Part shown: positions 25,595 to 39,085 of the stretch, in pieces
Layout: every line of letters starts with the position of its first letter
How positions within the stretch are numbered: position 1 is the stretch's first letter
Source: Dipteris shenzhenensis
Taxonomy: Eukaryota
DNA: 64,000 nt
Assembly (NCBI GenBank): GCA_047967505.1
Contig: CM106538.1
Strand: one strand, 5' to 3'
Position numbers and translations under genes: made by a program
The notes under the pieces: model-generated
The model's input: the letters and a program-made list of their open reading frames with translations, nothing else
Database searches by the model: none
What the model was told of the DNA's origin: nothing

Positions 25595-26045
25595 TTTGCC
25601 ACGTGGCACCCTTATCTCCAAGTGCCACATCATCTCATTTGCCACGTCAGACTTATCAACCATGTCATCACCAACTGCCATGTCACTTGTGCCACATCAA
25701 CGTAGACACATCATCACCGACTGCCACATCATCAACCACGCCAGTAGTCCATGTCACCGATGCCACATCACCATTGCCATGTCATCAGGCCACATCATCT
25801 TGCCACATCATCAAGCCAAGTCATTAGGACATGTCATCAGTGCCACATCATCATAGCCATGTCATCATTGCCATGTCACCTTGCTAACATCATCATTTGT
25901 GCCACCTCAGTAGTGCCACCTAGTCAACACTGACCTCTGCAAGCACACACAGTGCTTCACAGTCACTTCATGTGACCACTTCTGCCACCTCAACACAAAG
26001 CTTCACTAGCACACCTCTTGCTAGGCACAGTGCCACATCATTACT
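25595..26045 (+). promoter_or_regulatory. Array of G-box/ABRE-like motifs (TGCCACGTCA family) in the leader of element E
   Basis: Intact TGCCACGTGGCA at 25597-25608 and TGCCACGTCA at 25640-25649, plus more than ten GCCACATCA/GCCATGTCA variants. Confidence 0.5.
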
Positions 26046-29000
26046 GCATGTGACTCACAGTGACACATCATCATTGAGTACCATTTGCACTCCTTTTGCC
26101 CCTCCACCTAGATCAAGTCATATCTCTTGATCCAAGAAGAATTTGAGGGTGCTCCAAAAAGGAAAGTCACTCGTTTTTTCATGCTCTACGTGCTCATAAC
26201 ATCATGCGCATATTTTGGTGCAAGTTACACTCACATTTGAGCCTCGTGGTCAAAACCACTTCCTTCACGCACATTTGCCTCTACGTCGATGCATTTGACC
26301 CAGCACTTAAAAAGAACAAAATAAAAGGAGTTATTTGTTGTTCTTTCATCGATCGATGGTTGGTTTAGATCTAGATCAGAGTAGCCTAGATCACCGTAGA
26401 TGGGACACTTTGAATTTCCCCAAGTTGCCAATCTAAGCCATGCCCAAATTTCCCGACTAGTACCTACTCGGAGTTAGTCCATATGCTCACATATGGTTTC
26501 ACATCATTACATTACCTGAAACCTTACGTTCATCAGTTCAGTGAGCAGACTTTAGAGTTCAGAGGCATTGCAAATTGATTTAGTGGGCAGATAGCATTTG
26601 ATTTCACACACACATGCCACCATTGTAAAGCCTATTCGGCTATCTCACGGCATCGTGCACATCATTTCAGCCTTGTAAAGCCTCTTGGCTATTCCCGACA
26701 TCATTGCCACAAGCCTTGTAATACAGATCAGATTTTATATACTACAGTTCTATCTTCACCGATGGTACAGAGATTTCACTTGGCATAGTCAGTGTATTTG
26801 CAGTTGATTCATACAGAGATTTTCACGACACTTGAGTACATTTCTTGCACCATGTCGACTAGCAACCTCAATCTGGAGGCATCTACTAAGTTAGACAACT
26901 CCAATTACGGTACATGGAAATACCGAATGGAGACCATTCTTGTGCTTCAGGACAAATGGGAGTATGTCGATGGGCCTACACCTAGACCATTGGCGGATCC
27001 AGCTACGAGTAGCTCTACTCCATCTGTTGTCACAGCACCAGCAATGGGATCTACATCAGGATCTACATCTACACAAACAGTTTCCGCACTAGTAGTAGAT
27101 CCTGCCATTGCCTGAGCTCAAGCAGAATGGGATAAGAAAGACAAGTATGCCTATCACCTGATCAAGCATAATGTGCAAGATGTCATGCTAGGATAACTCA
27201 ACACAGTCAAGACATCAAAAGAAGCATGGGATATGTTCACAGCTCTCTACGAGTCTAAGAACACATCCAAGATTCTCGCCCTGCAGTCAAGACATCAAAA
27301 GAAGCATGGGATATGTTCACAGCTCTCTACGAGTCTAAGAACACATCCAAGATTCTCGCCCTGAGAAACCATATCAACCAGAGTTTCTGCAACAGCAGTG
27401 AAACCGGTCATGCTTATGTACTCCGCATAAAAGACTACAACAATCAACTTGCAGCAGCATGAGAGACTATGAACCCCGCAGAAATGGTTCAAGTCATTCT
27501 GAATGGACTAGGAGAGGGATACGAGAATCTAGTCTAGAGTATTGCCATCCAACGGCAAATTTCGACACTAGAAGAACTTCAGTCAGTCCTACTTGGTGAA
27601 GAACTAGACTCAGGCCATTCAAGCACGTAAAGTTCATTCTAATGATCAGGCATTCACAACTTTAGACAGAAGCAGAGGCAAAGGCAAAGGCAGAGGTAGA
27701 TCATATCAGAAAAGTGGTCATCATCAACAAAATCAAAGTCAGAATCAGCATCAGCATTAGCATCAGCATCATCCTCAGCAGCATCAGAATCAGCAAAGAG
27801 GAAATCATTCCAATCGAGGAAGGTTCCAAGGACGAGGGAATACATCCACCAATGTGTCAAACATTCAGTGCAACTACTATCACAAGTTTGGACACTATGA
27901 AAGAGATTGCCGCAAGAAGTAGTACGACCAAGGCAGTCAATCCAGCAATAATCGAGGGAATTCCCGAGGCAGAGGAAATCATCGTGGTGGACATTCTAGT
28001 CACAGTCATTTTGCAAATGAACATGGAAATATGTTTCTTGCAAGTGAGGAATTGCATCAGACTGATACAGTGTACCTAGACCTAGACACTGATTTCAATC
28101 CTAAAGAGGATTACAGCTATCAAGTCGACCAAGTGGAACAGGATCCTTGGTACATCGATAGCGGTGCATCATTTCACATGACAAATCATCAAAAATGGTT
28201 CACAGAGATGAAACCATTAGAAAGTTAAAAAAATGTCATCTACACAGCAAACAATACACCAAATCTAGTTCAAGGGATAGGTGTTACCACTATGAACAAT
28301 TTCACTGGTACAAAAGCATTAGTCAAAGATGTGCTCTATGTTTCGAAGCTCAGTAAGAACCTTTTGTCAGTAGGTCAAATGATGGAACACAATTACAAAG
28401 TCATCTTCGACGGTGATGAATGCGTTATCAGAGACGAATCCAAAAGATGTCAGCTAGTAACAAAAGGTGTCAAAGAAGGATGCTTATACAGAATGCTAGC
28501 TACAGTACCAGATAAGCATGCCATGTCATCTCAAATGCAATAGATGCCACTATCTGCAAAATGGCACAAGAGATTGGTCATGTCTACTTCAAGTACTTGT
28601 TAGATCTCAGGAATCAGAATATGGCAATTGGGATTTCGAAGCTACAGTTTCTTGGAAAGGTTTGTGAAGCATGCTGCTTTGGCAAATAGAAGCAAACCAA
28701 CTTTGTCAGAAGTACCTCTTGTGCATGAGGTATTCTTGATTTGAAACATACAGATGTATGGGGTTATGCCTAGACCCATAGCATCAATGGTTCACTTTAT
28801 TACTTGACCTTCATCGACGACTACAGTAGATATTGTTGGGTCTACTTTCTGAAAGAGAAATCTGAAGTGTTTTCTAGATTTCAAGAATTCAAAGCCATGG
28901 TAGAAAACCAAACAGGCAGAAAGATCAAGGTCATGAGATCAGACAAAGAAGGTGAATACATGTCTTCAGCATTCATGAACTTTTGCAAAAATCACAGCAT

Positions 29001-31055
29001 ATGAAGACAATTCACATGTGCAGATACTCCTCAACAGAGTGCAAGAGTTGAAAGGAAGAATGGGACTTTAGTAGACAGTGCTAGAGCAATGCTTAGTGAA
29101 AGGCATCTTCCAAATCTGTATTGGGCAGAAGCAATAGCTACAGCAAACTACTTGCTTAATCGGCTTCCTACCGAACCGATACAAGGTATGACTCCTTATC
29201 AAGCATTCACTAGACACAAGCCACACATTGGGCATCTCTGCATATTTGGTTGCATAGCATATGCCCACATACATGATGATCATCGTAGGAAATTGGATGC
29301 GAAGTCACACAAATGCATCATGGTTGGCTACAGTGAAGAAAGCAAAGCATACAAATTGTATGATCCCATCAACCGCAAAGTCATTATCTCCAGAGATGTA
29401 ATCTTTGATGAGGAATCAGAATGGAAAACCTCACCTACACAGGAGATAGAAGCATCAACTTCACAGTCATCTACAGAATAGGTTGATGAAGAAGAGCAAG
29501 AATTGCCAGCAACACCCCAAGCAGAGCCACAGCAGCTCAGACGGTCTACTAGGGAAAGCAGACCTCTAGCCAGATTGACATATGCTCAAAAAGGCAAAGC
29601 AATTCAGGCGGAAACCACCAACTATGCTCTTATGACTACCATCATGGCTATAGAAGAGCTAGTGTACTTCGAAGATGCAGTAGACAAGCCAGAATGGCAA
29701 ACTGCTATGAATGAAGAAATGGATGCTTTGTATAAGAATAATACTTGGGAATTATGCGACCTTCCACTAGGAAAGAAGGCCATAGCCAACAAATGGGTAT
29801 ACAAAGTGAGTACAATAAAGCCAGATTAGTTGCAAAAGGATTTGCACAACAACATGGTCAAGACTATGATGAGACTTATGCTCCAGTAGCAAAGATGGAT
29901 TCCATACAGTTCTTGATATCACTAGCGACACTCAGTAAATGGAATGTGTATCAGCTCGATGTCAAGAATGCGTTTCTCAATGGTTATCTAGACGAGGAAG
30001 TCTACATGCAACAACCAGCAGGTTATGTTGAACCAAGAAAGGAGAATAAGGTTTGCCATCTCAAGAAAAGTCTCTACAGCTTAAAACAAGCACCCAGAAG
30101 TTGGTACAGCAGAATCGACAAATATTTTGTTGATCTGGGGTACATGAAGTCCAATGCAAATCATACTCTCCACTACAAAGTTCAAGGGGAAGACATTACT
30201 ATTGCACTTTTGTATGTAGCTGATCTGATTGTGATAGGAAGCAAGGATAGCTTCATCAAAAAACTGAAACAAGACTTATCTACAAAGTTCGACATGAAAG
30301 ATCTTGGACTTATGCACTATTGTCTTGGAATTGAGTTCTAGAGAGATTCAGATAGCACATTCATGAGTCAACTCAAGTATGTTGACAGTCTCTTGAAGAA
30401 GTTTCATATGATAGATTGCAAGATTGCAGCCACCCCCATGGAACAGAGTTTGAAACTTACTAAAGATTGAGAAAGGCCTACAGTCAATGATAGATACCAC
30501 AGGAAGCTCATCGGATCTCTTATATATCTGACAATCACATGGCCAGATATTTGTTATGCAGTAAGCTCACTAGCACAGTTTATGGCAAATCCAAAACAGT
30601 CTCACTAGAATGCAGCCAAAAGAGTCTTGAGATACATAAGAGGTACAAGATAGTTTGGGATAGAATACAGAGGAAGTCATCCACGGTTGCATGGATATTG
30701 TGACAGTGACTATGCCAGAGATCATGAGACTAGGAGATCGACATAGGGATATGCATTTTTCCTTGGTCAAGGTGCTATATCATGGTTGTCAAACAAACAG
30801 CCAACTGTTTCTTTGTCTTCGACTGAAGCAGAATATAGAGCAATCACTACAGGTGCATGTGAGGCTATATGGCTCAGAAGACTATTGTCAGAAATAGATT
30901 ACTTTGATGAGTCAAAGCCAACAACAATATACTGTGATAATCAATCGGCTCAAGCATTGGCCAAAAATCCAGTATATCACTCCAGGACAAAGCACATTTT
31001 GATGTCAGAGAGCACTTCATCAAAGAAAGAGTGTTACTTGGTGACATCACACTGC

Positions 31056-34000
31056 TGAAGGAACACAAATAGAGACAAAAAAGTGAACACCAGTGAATGG
31101 ATGTGCTCACACATGAAAGCTCCAACAGATGTTCAATAGATAAGAATACAAAGTACTTGGCATATATAGTGATCAAGTAGAACATAAAAATAAACCAAGT
31201 ACTAGACTAGCCTACAAGGTCATATCTTTGTATATGTCTACAAATCCCCCCTCAAAGATATGACTGAGGTACTCTGGAAACGTGTCAGAAGTACCTAGGG
31301 CACCTAAAGTACCATGGTTGCACAAATTCATCCATCAGGATATAGCAACCTATGGGGTAACACATGAATAACAATGTCATTTTATAACCCCCCCTGACAT
31401 TCTTGTTATATCTCGTATCCCCAAGCCGTGTCGGTGACGAGTAAAAAGTGGAGCTGACAGGCTTTTAGTGAAGATATCTGCCACATTATCCTCAGTAGGA
31501 CAATAGATAAGCTCAATGAAGCCATCTTGTATACAATCCCGAACATAATGATAATGATTCTCAATATGTTTCATGCGGGCATGAAAGATAGGATTTTTCC
31601 CAATGGCAATGCAACTCACACTGTCACACAAAATGGAGGTGGCCTCACCATGTTGTGCATGATGCAAATCAAACATAAGCTTCCTTAACCACATTGCTTC
31701 TGTAGTGGCTGCGTTTGCTGCTCTATACTCTGCTTCACTAGAGGAAAGAGAAACACAGTCTTGCTTTTTACTGAGCCAAGAAATGCAAGCTGAACCCAAT
31801 GAAAAACAATAACCAGTGGTGGATTTTCTATCATCCATATCCCCTGACCAATCTGAGTCTGTGAAACCACTCAGAGAAATGTCACAATTTGCAGCATAGT
31901 GCAATCCATGAGTAAGAGTGCCCTATAGATATCTGAGAACCCTCTTGGCTTCTTGCCAGTGTGTGACTGTAGGACAATGCATAAACTGACTTAGCAACCC
32001 AGTGGCATGTGCAATATCAGCCCTGGTAGAACACAGATAGATAAGACTACACACCAACTGTCTGTAAAGTGTGCCATCAAACTTCTCTGCTGTGTCATGC
32101 TTTGAAAGCTTGAGTCCTTTGGTCAATGGAGTGGCCACAGGTTTGCAATTTTCCATCTTAAATTTCTGCAAGAGACTCTTTGCATACTTTGTTTGGGACA
32201 TACATATCCCTTCCTGGGTTTGCCAAAGCTCAATACCAAGACAATAGTGCAAGAGACCCAAATCTATCATATCAAATGTCTGACACAATGCTGTTTTGAT
32301 GGCTGCAATTTCCTGATTACTACTGCCTGTGAGTAGTATATCATCCACATAAAGAACTAAAATCAGCAGATCTGATTTTTCTTGCAGAACATAGAGGTTG
32401 GACTCTGTATGTGTGTTCACAAAGCCTTGGGACAGCAAATACTGATGTATCTTGTGATACCAAGCATGGGGTGCTTGTTTTAGCCCATACAATGCCTTGC
32501 GTAGCCTACAAACCTTGTGTTCTTGTCCCGTAACTTCAAATCCTTGGGGTTGCTGCACATAAACTTCCTCTTGTAAATCACCGTTCAAGAAGGCAGTCTT
32601 GACATCCATCTGAAAGACGGGCCAGCCATAACTTGCAGCAAGAGAGATGATAGACCGAATGGTAGTCATCTTGGCTACCGGAGCAAATGTTTCCTCATAA
32701 TCCACTCCCTCCTCTTGGGCATATCCCTTGGCAACTAGTCGGGCCTTGTGTTTTTCAATAGTGCCATCTGCATGGTACTTAACTTTATAGATCCATTTGG
32801 TACCAACCACATTCTTCCCAATGGGCTTATCAACCAAATCCCATGTGGCATTCCTTTCAATGGAACTAATTTCAGATTTCATGGCTTCCTGCCATGCGGG
32901 ATGTTTCATGGCATCCTCAAATCTTTGAGGTTCAGTTTTAGCTGCCATAACTGAAGCCATCAAAGCATAATTCACCTGTGATGATGCATTCCTTGTGGCT
33001 GTCCTGGTCCTCCCTAAAGTTGGCTGAACATTAGCCTCTCTGAGGGTCAACCGTGCCCATTTTGGGACTGAATTTGCAGCACCACCACTGGCTGGACCAC
33101 TATTGGTATGGCGAGGTAAAGGATTCCAAACATGTGGCTGTCCTGCCCCACTAGCTGGCTGCCCTTCTGGAACATTTGAGGGAAATCCCCCCTCAACATA
33201 TGGCACCAAATCTGAACTGGGTGAGGAGGATAAAGACTCCATCTCATTACTATCAAACTGAACAATATCAAGAGGCACATCATCATATGGTGGCAAATCA
33301 ACATTGACCGGTTGCATGGTTTCATTTTCAGCAAAGACAACATCTCTACTGATAATAATCCTCCGAGTAACAGGATCATACAAATGAAAACCTTTACTCT
33401 CAATACTATACCCCACAAATATGCATTTGACACTCTTGTCATCAAGTTTAGTTCTATGTTGAGCAGGAATTAGAGCATAAGCAACTGACCCAAAAATTCT
33501 GAAGTGATTTACCTTGGGCTTGTACCCATAGTATGCCTCAAATGGTGTCTTGTTAACCAAAGCTTTTGTTGGGCATCTGTTCAAGATGTATGTGGCTGTA
33601 GTAATGGCTTCTCCCCAAAATCCTTTTGAGATTTTCTTCAATTTCAGCATGCATCTGGTCATTTCTACAAGAGTCCTATTCTTCCTTTCAGCAATAGGAT
33701 TGTGCTGGGGTGTGTATGGCACAGTTGAATGATGTTTGATGCCATGTTCTTGCAAATAGCTTGCAAATACCTCTGAAGTATACTCTCCCCCTCTATCTGT
33801 GTTGAGTGTTTGTATCTTGGAATTGGTCTGATTCTTAGCCATAGCCTTGAATATCTTGAACCAATAAAACACTTCGGATTTGTTCTTCATGAGGAAGAGC
33901 CATGTAAATCTGGAGTAGTCATCAATGAAGGTAACAAAGTACCTTGCCCCTCTATGAGTAGTAACATTCATGGGGCCACAAACATCACTGTGCACTATTT

Positions 34001-36621
34001 GCAATGCTCTTATTGCTTTCACATCACCTTTCCCATCCTTTTTGAAAGGTAAGCGGTGCAATTTGCCAAGAGCACACCCTTCACATACTTCATTAACTGG
34101 ATGCTGTAATTTTGGCATTCCAATAACCATGTTGTTGTTAAACAAATAGGTCAAAGCCCTGTGATGGATATGGCCAAACCTGGCATGCCATAAATCACCC
34201 TGAGATACACATGATACAGCCATAGCATGCTGATTATAAGGCTGAGCATCAAGCTTGTACAGCCCTTTTTCATAAGTGCCTGTAGCCACAATAGCATAGC
34301 CCTTTTTAGGATCCTTAATCCTGCATTGGCTGCCTTGAAACTCTACCAACATATGTTGATCATGAGCAATGGAGGAAACTGAAATCAGATTCTTCTTCAA
34401 ATCTGGAACATACCAAACATCACGGATGTATTGTTTCTTTCCTGAACCATCCAAGAGAATAGGAACATGTCCCACTCCCGTGATATCCTGAGTGGCATCA
34501 TTGGCACAAACAACATGTCTGCCATGGACTGGTATAATGTCCTCAAACCAATCTCTGTGATGAGTCATATGCTTAGAAGCACCACTATCCAAGTACCAAG
34601 GATCAGTGGTGGCCAAAGATGCATCAATACCCTCTGACAATGGCTCAATAAGAGCATGAGCATGTGTAGCATGTGACATACTGGGCTCCCCCCCTGTGTC
34701 AATGATCTCATGATCCACAACAGCAAAGGCAAAGTCCTTGTCATCCTGGGCATAATGTGCATGAGAAGAGGCATTTGAATTTGTAGCAGGTGCCACAAAA
34801 TTACTGTTTGTAGTCCCCCTCTTCTCATTAGCAATCCTCTTCTGACACTCGGCAATGTAATGACCAGGCTTTTTGCAATAGTTACATTTACCCTTTTTCT
34901 TAGAGGTGGGACTCGCCTGAGAACTTGCATTTGCCTCACTTTTGGGCTGAAATCCATTGCTGTTTTTTTTGTGAAAGTATCCTCCTTTTGACTGAAATTT
35001 GCCCTTTCCCTGCATAGCAAGAGCTTGCTCACCTTGGCGAGATGAATGAGCAAAATTAGAGGTTCTTTCCTTTTCTTGCAGGAGCAGCCCTACCAACTCA
35101 TCAAATGAGACAGGTGCAGCTCTAAGCATGGTAGACAAAGAGGTAACAAAAGTGCCAAATGACGGAGCCAGGCTATTGAGAGTGATAGTGACCAACTTTC
35201 TATCTTCTATCTCCTCATCAACGCCTGCTAATTGATCTCTAAGATCAGTAATCTTAGCAATATGCTCTGTTTGCCCTTCTTCCATCTTCAACTCCTTGAG
35301 TTGATTTGTCAAAGCTAGCACTCTAGCTTCATTTTTGACCTGATACATAGATGCCAGTTTATCCCAAGCATCTTTAGCATACCTGTAGGACTTGATAGTA
35401 GACATAATGTGCCTCTTCACTGAGAGGGATATCAAAGATAAAGCCTGGGCATTTCTTCTATCAAACCTCCTTTGCTCCTCCAATAGAGCAGGAGTAGGAG
35501 CTGTGGATGTAGATGTGATGGATGAAGATGAACTAGTTGCAGCAGCAGCTGGCCTAGTTTCATCACCACTCACAATGTCCCACAAGCCCTTGCCAACCAA
35601 AATATTGCGGAGCATAAATGACCACAAGGCATAGTTTGATCCTTCCAATTTATCCCCTTCAGTGATAGTGCCAAAGCTTTCAGAAAGAGACATTTTTCCT
35701 TGACAAATAACTGACTGCAAATATAACCAAGCACTCAAGAGAGCAAACAGGCTCTGTGCAAGTTGGAGTTCTTGTTCAGTGAGAACCTGTAGAGAGTAGC
35801 TTTCTTACCAAGAAGATTTGGGTGTCCAAGAAGCAGGAAAAGAGTGCTGAAGCAAATCGATTTGAAGTAGGAGCTTCCGAGGTGGATGTCAGTTTGATTC
35901 GAGGCTGGAAATTGCTGAGAAGAGCACCAATGTAGCAGTAGATGAACTCGTATTGAAGAAGATGGCTGCTGCTGCTGAGAAGAGCATCAATGCAACTATA
36001 GGAGACTGCTGTAGGCAGTAAAAACAGCAAGAGGAGATGCCGAAAAGTGCTGGAAATCAGGGCGACTTGAAGTAGAAGCCCCCGGGCTCAAGGGCGACCT
36101 GATTTTTGGGTCAGGAGCAGGGAAAAATGATCAAAAAGAGGGGCGAAGTGAAGGCGACCTGATCTGAAGCTGTTCGGGCTGAAGTCTGAGTGAAAATGAG
36201 CTGAAAATCAGCAGCATTGGTTGTCGACCAAGTCCTGGAGAGAGGCGACCTGAAGAAGACCTCCCGGGGCAGCAAAAAACTCAAGTTCTTCACGGCAACT
36301 GACTAAAAAACGAGCTGGAGACTGAAGTGGGCTGAATGTAGGATTGAGAGCAACACGAGGACACGAGAGAACTTGCCACAAGACGGAAGGCAAGGCTGAA
36401 TCTCGGTTTAAGTGACTGAGGCTCTGATACCACTTGAAGGAACACAAATGGAGACAAAAAAGTGAACACCAGTGAATGGATGTGCTCACACACGAAAGCT
36501 CCAACAGATGTTCAATAGATAAGAATACAAAGTACTTGGCATATATAGTGACCAAGTAGAACATAAAAATAAACCAAGTACTAGACTAGCCTACAAGGTC
36601 ATATCTTTGTATATGTCTACA
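31056..36621 (-). mobile_element. Ty1/copia element D, near intact, nested in the RNase H region of E
   Basis: 187-bp LTRs at 31056-31242 and 36435-36621 (3 differences). TSD ACTGC. PBS 36421-36432. Confidence 0.98.
31377..35693 (-). CDS. Gag-Pol polyprotein of element D, with one in-frame TAG at 31923-31925
   Basis: Zn knuckle [30 protein letters not shown] and DDE residues, RT YVDD. The RNase H ORF (31377-31904) is in the same frame, 6 codons after the stop. Likely ATG at 35693. Confidence 0.93.
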
Positions 36622-38383
36622 ACTGCAGCATTGTGATAGCAAAGAAAATGTTGCAGACATCTTTACCAAACCACTCGATAAATAGCTATTCGAGAAACAC
36701 CAACTAGCTCTTGGTTTAACGCAGAGGAAGGACATTCCCATTAAAGGGATGTGATGGAATGTAATGCTCAGTCCTTCTTCGATTCCCTAGAATCATCATC
36801 TTGAGGGAAGGCCTACTTCATGATGTTGATCTTGAGGGAAGGTGTTGAGAGTTCACCCTCAACATCATGTAATCATGTGTGCATAGCACCATCATGTGAT
36901 CATATGTGCATAGCACTAACCTTATAGAGTGCTATAAAGGAAAGGGTTAGATCCCCTAACCCTAACCCTAAAAGGGTTTGTATATATTCTATTTTTTCAA
37001 CTAAATCTAGTGTACAGTTAGTCATTTGTGGTGTGCTCTCTAGCTGTGCCCTCTCTCCTCATCTCCACTCTTCTCCTCTCCCCTCTTCATATTTTGTCAC
37101 TTGAGTAGCACAGAATATGTGTGTAGAGTAGCGGCAAAGCTCCACTTGTACTTGCATAAGGCTAGGAATAATCTCTCTTAGGAATCCTCAACGTGCATCT
37201 CCAACATGCAACTCCTACATACAAGTTCTAGATACGATTCCTACATGCAGTTTGTACATGCAACTCCTACATATAACTCCTACATGCATGTTCTACATGC
37301 AACATGCAACTTCTATATGTGCATCCTAGATGCAAGTTCTGCATGTAGAGAGCCTTATAAAATAGGGCTCCAGCTTCTCATCATGCTACTATCCAACACA
37401 TGGAAATATGAGAGACAATAATCATATGAATGTCTTACAATTCCTGTATGCAAAGAGAGAAGCTCTCCAACTTGTATAAATACCCCATAATGCAATGAAG
37501 CCCACATTCTTTGGGGCATTGTGTTGAGTTCTACTTAGTATTCCAAGCAATTGTCTCCAACTTTCCATGCTTCCTTGCACTCCACGTCAAAAAGCATGTC
37601 TTAACCTTACAACTCCTCCAACCTTGCAACCCCTCCTCTCCCTCTCCTTCTCCCAACTCCTCCTCCCAACTCCTCCTCCTCCTCCTCCTCCTCCTCCTCC
37701 TCCCTCTCCTCCTTCCCCATGCTCTTACACCTTCTTCCTCTCCCACTCCTATGGTCCCCCGAAACCCTTAGTCCCTCAACCCTTAACCTCCATGATCTAC
37801 GAGGGAGACAAGTTCTCCACCGCCATGTACTCTACCCTAAACCTTGGATCCTCCTTCTAAACCCTGAACCTCTTCTAAACCCTACACCCTCTTCCAAACC
37901 CTAAATCCCTTCTGAACCTTGAACCTCCCTCTAACAGTTAAACACCTTCTAAACTTTTCAACCTGCAATGAGGCGAAAGCCTTCATTGCCCTAATCATGA
38001 TGTTGCCCGTTCCTTTCACACATGCATGCACTATGTTTGCTTACCAAACTTAAGCCTACGTCTCTCACCGGAATATGACCCGAGGTCCTAAGCTACACTT
38101 ATACTACAAATGAAAACACTGATATATCTATAGGTGACAAAAAGACTCGAAACCCTACATACTGAGAATACCCTACTCTTCCTACGAAAGCTATGGGAAA
38201 GAGACAACACAACCCTTGCGTGAGACTTTGATGTCATCAAGATGACACGATAGACTACTATGTGGGCTAAGAATAAGTATAAGGTCTTTCTATTAGATTG
38301 ACAAGCCATAGTGACTATAAGTTGGGATAAGAAGTCCATGGCCGCTTATGGTCGGTCTATGTCTCTAGCCACAGGCAAAGGGC

Positions 38384-38990
38384 ATGCAATCATTCAAGGG
38401 TGATAACCTTTCAAGGACCCAACATCGAGCAATCAGTATAGGAAATGTATCGTTCTTGACGTACCTCACCCAAACAGAGATACAAGTTTGCGAGAAATTG
38501 GGCTCGAGCATATATGGTGGTGTGTTCAAAGTGCACTTAGTAGGACCCCTAGGGTTTCCATACTATGTGGAATATGCCAGAACAAAATTCAAGGGAAACA
38601 TTGAGACTCACACACAAGAGGCAAGAGAAGCTCAAATGCAGATCCGTCACCTAGTGCTTGTCCACAAAAACTGTAGAAGAACCATTGTGCCCATGACACC
38701 ATATTTCAATGGTGGTAGTTTGATGCCAATTTTTCAAATCCTGCCAATGCATTAGGGAAGGTTAACATGCTACTTCCACATTGTTCTAACGGCAGGAAAG
38801 GATTTGATTGCCACAACAACTGGGGGATTTGAAGGTGCATTGCAAGAGGAAGATGTTTTTTGAGTGAATGCCTTTTCCGAGAATGTCCACCATATTGTAC
38901 ATGCATTGGTGGGTGGATTGGCAACACCGACTCTAGGAATTTGATGCATACAGATCTACATTCGAGCAATATCCTTTTATACTTTTTCTG
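38384..38990 (+). pseudogene. Protein kinase remnant (subdomains I-VIb) between the long inverted arms
   Basis: Motifs in kinase order: KLGSSIYGGVFK (Gly loop), MTPYFNGGSL (subdomain V), HIVHALVGGLA (VIa) and, after a frameshift, NLMHTDLHSSNILL (catalytic loop, 38938-38979). Confidence 0.75.
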
Positions 38991-39085
38991 AAAGTCCAGA
39001 CTTTGAGTAGTCACCATGGCTTTCAAAATATTGTTATGTATGCATACATAGGATATGCATATTCAAAATATTGTTATGTATGCAT

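Larger units (their letters stand above)
24160..37099 (+). mobile_element. Ty1/copia element E, degenerate, hosting element D
   Basis: LTRs at 24160-24394 and 36843-37099. PBS 24395-24406. gag from about 26852, PR WYIDSGASFHMT, IN 28804-29481, RT 29745-30341. RH is split by D at 31055/36627. TSD is imperfect (CTTAG / CTTGA). Confidence 0.93.
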
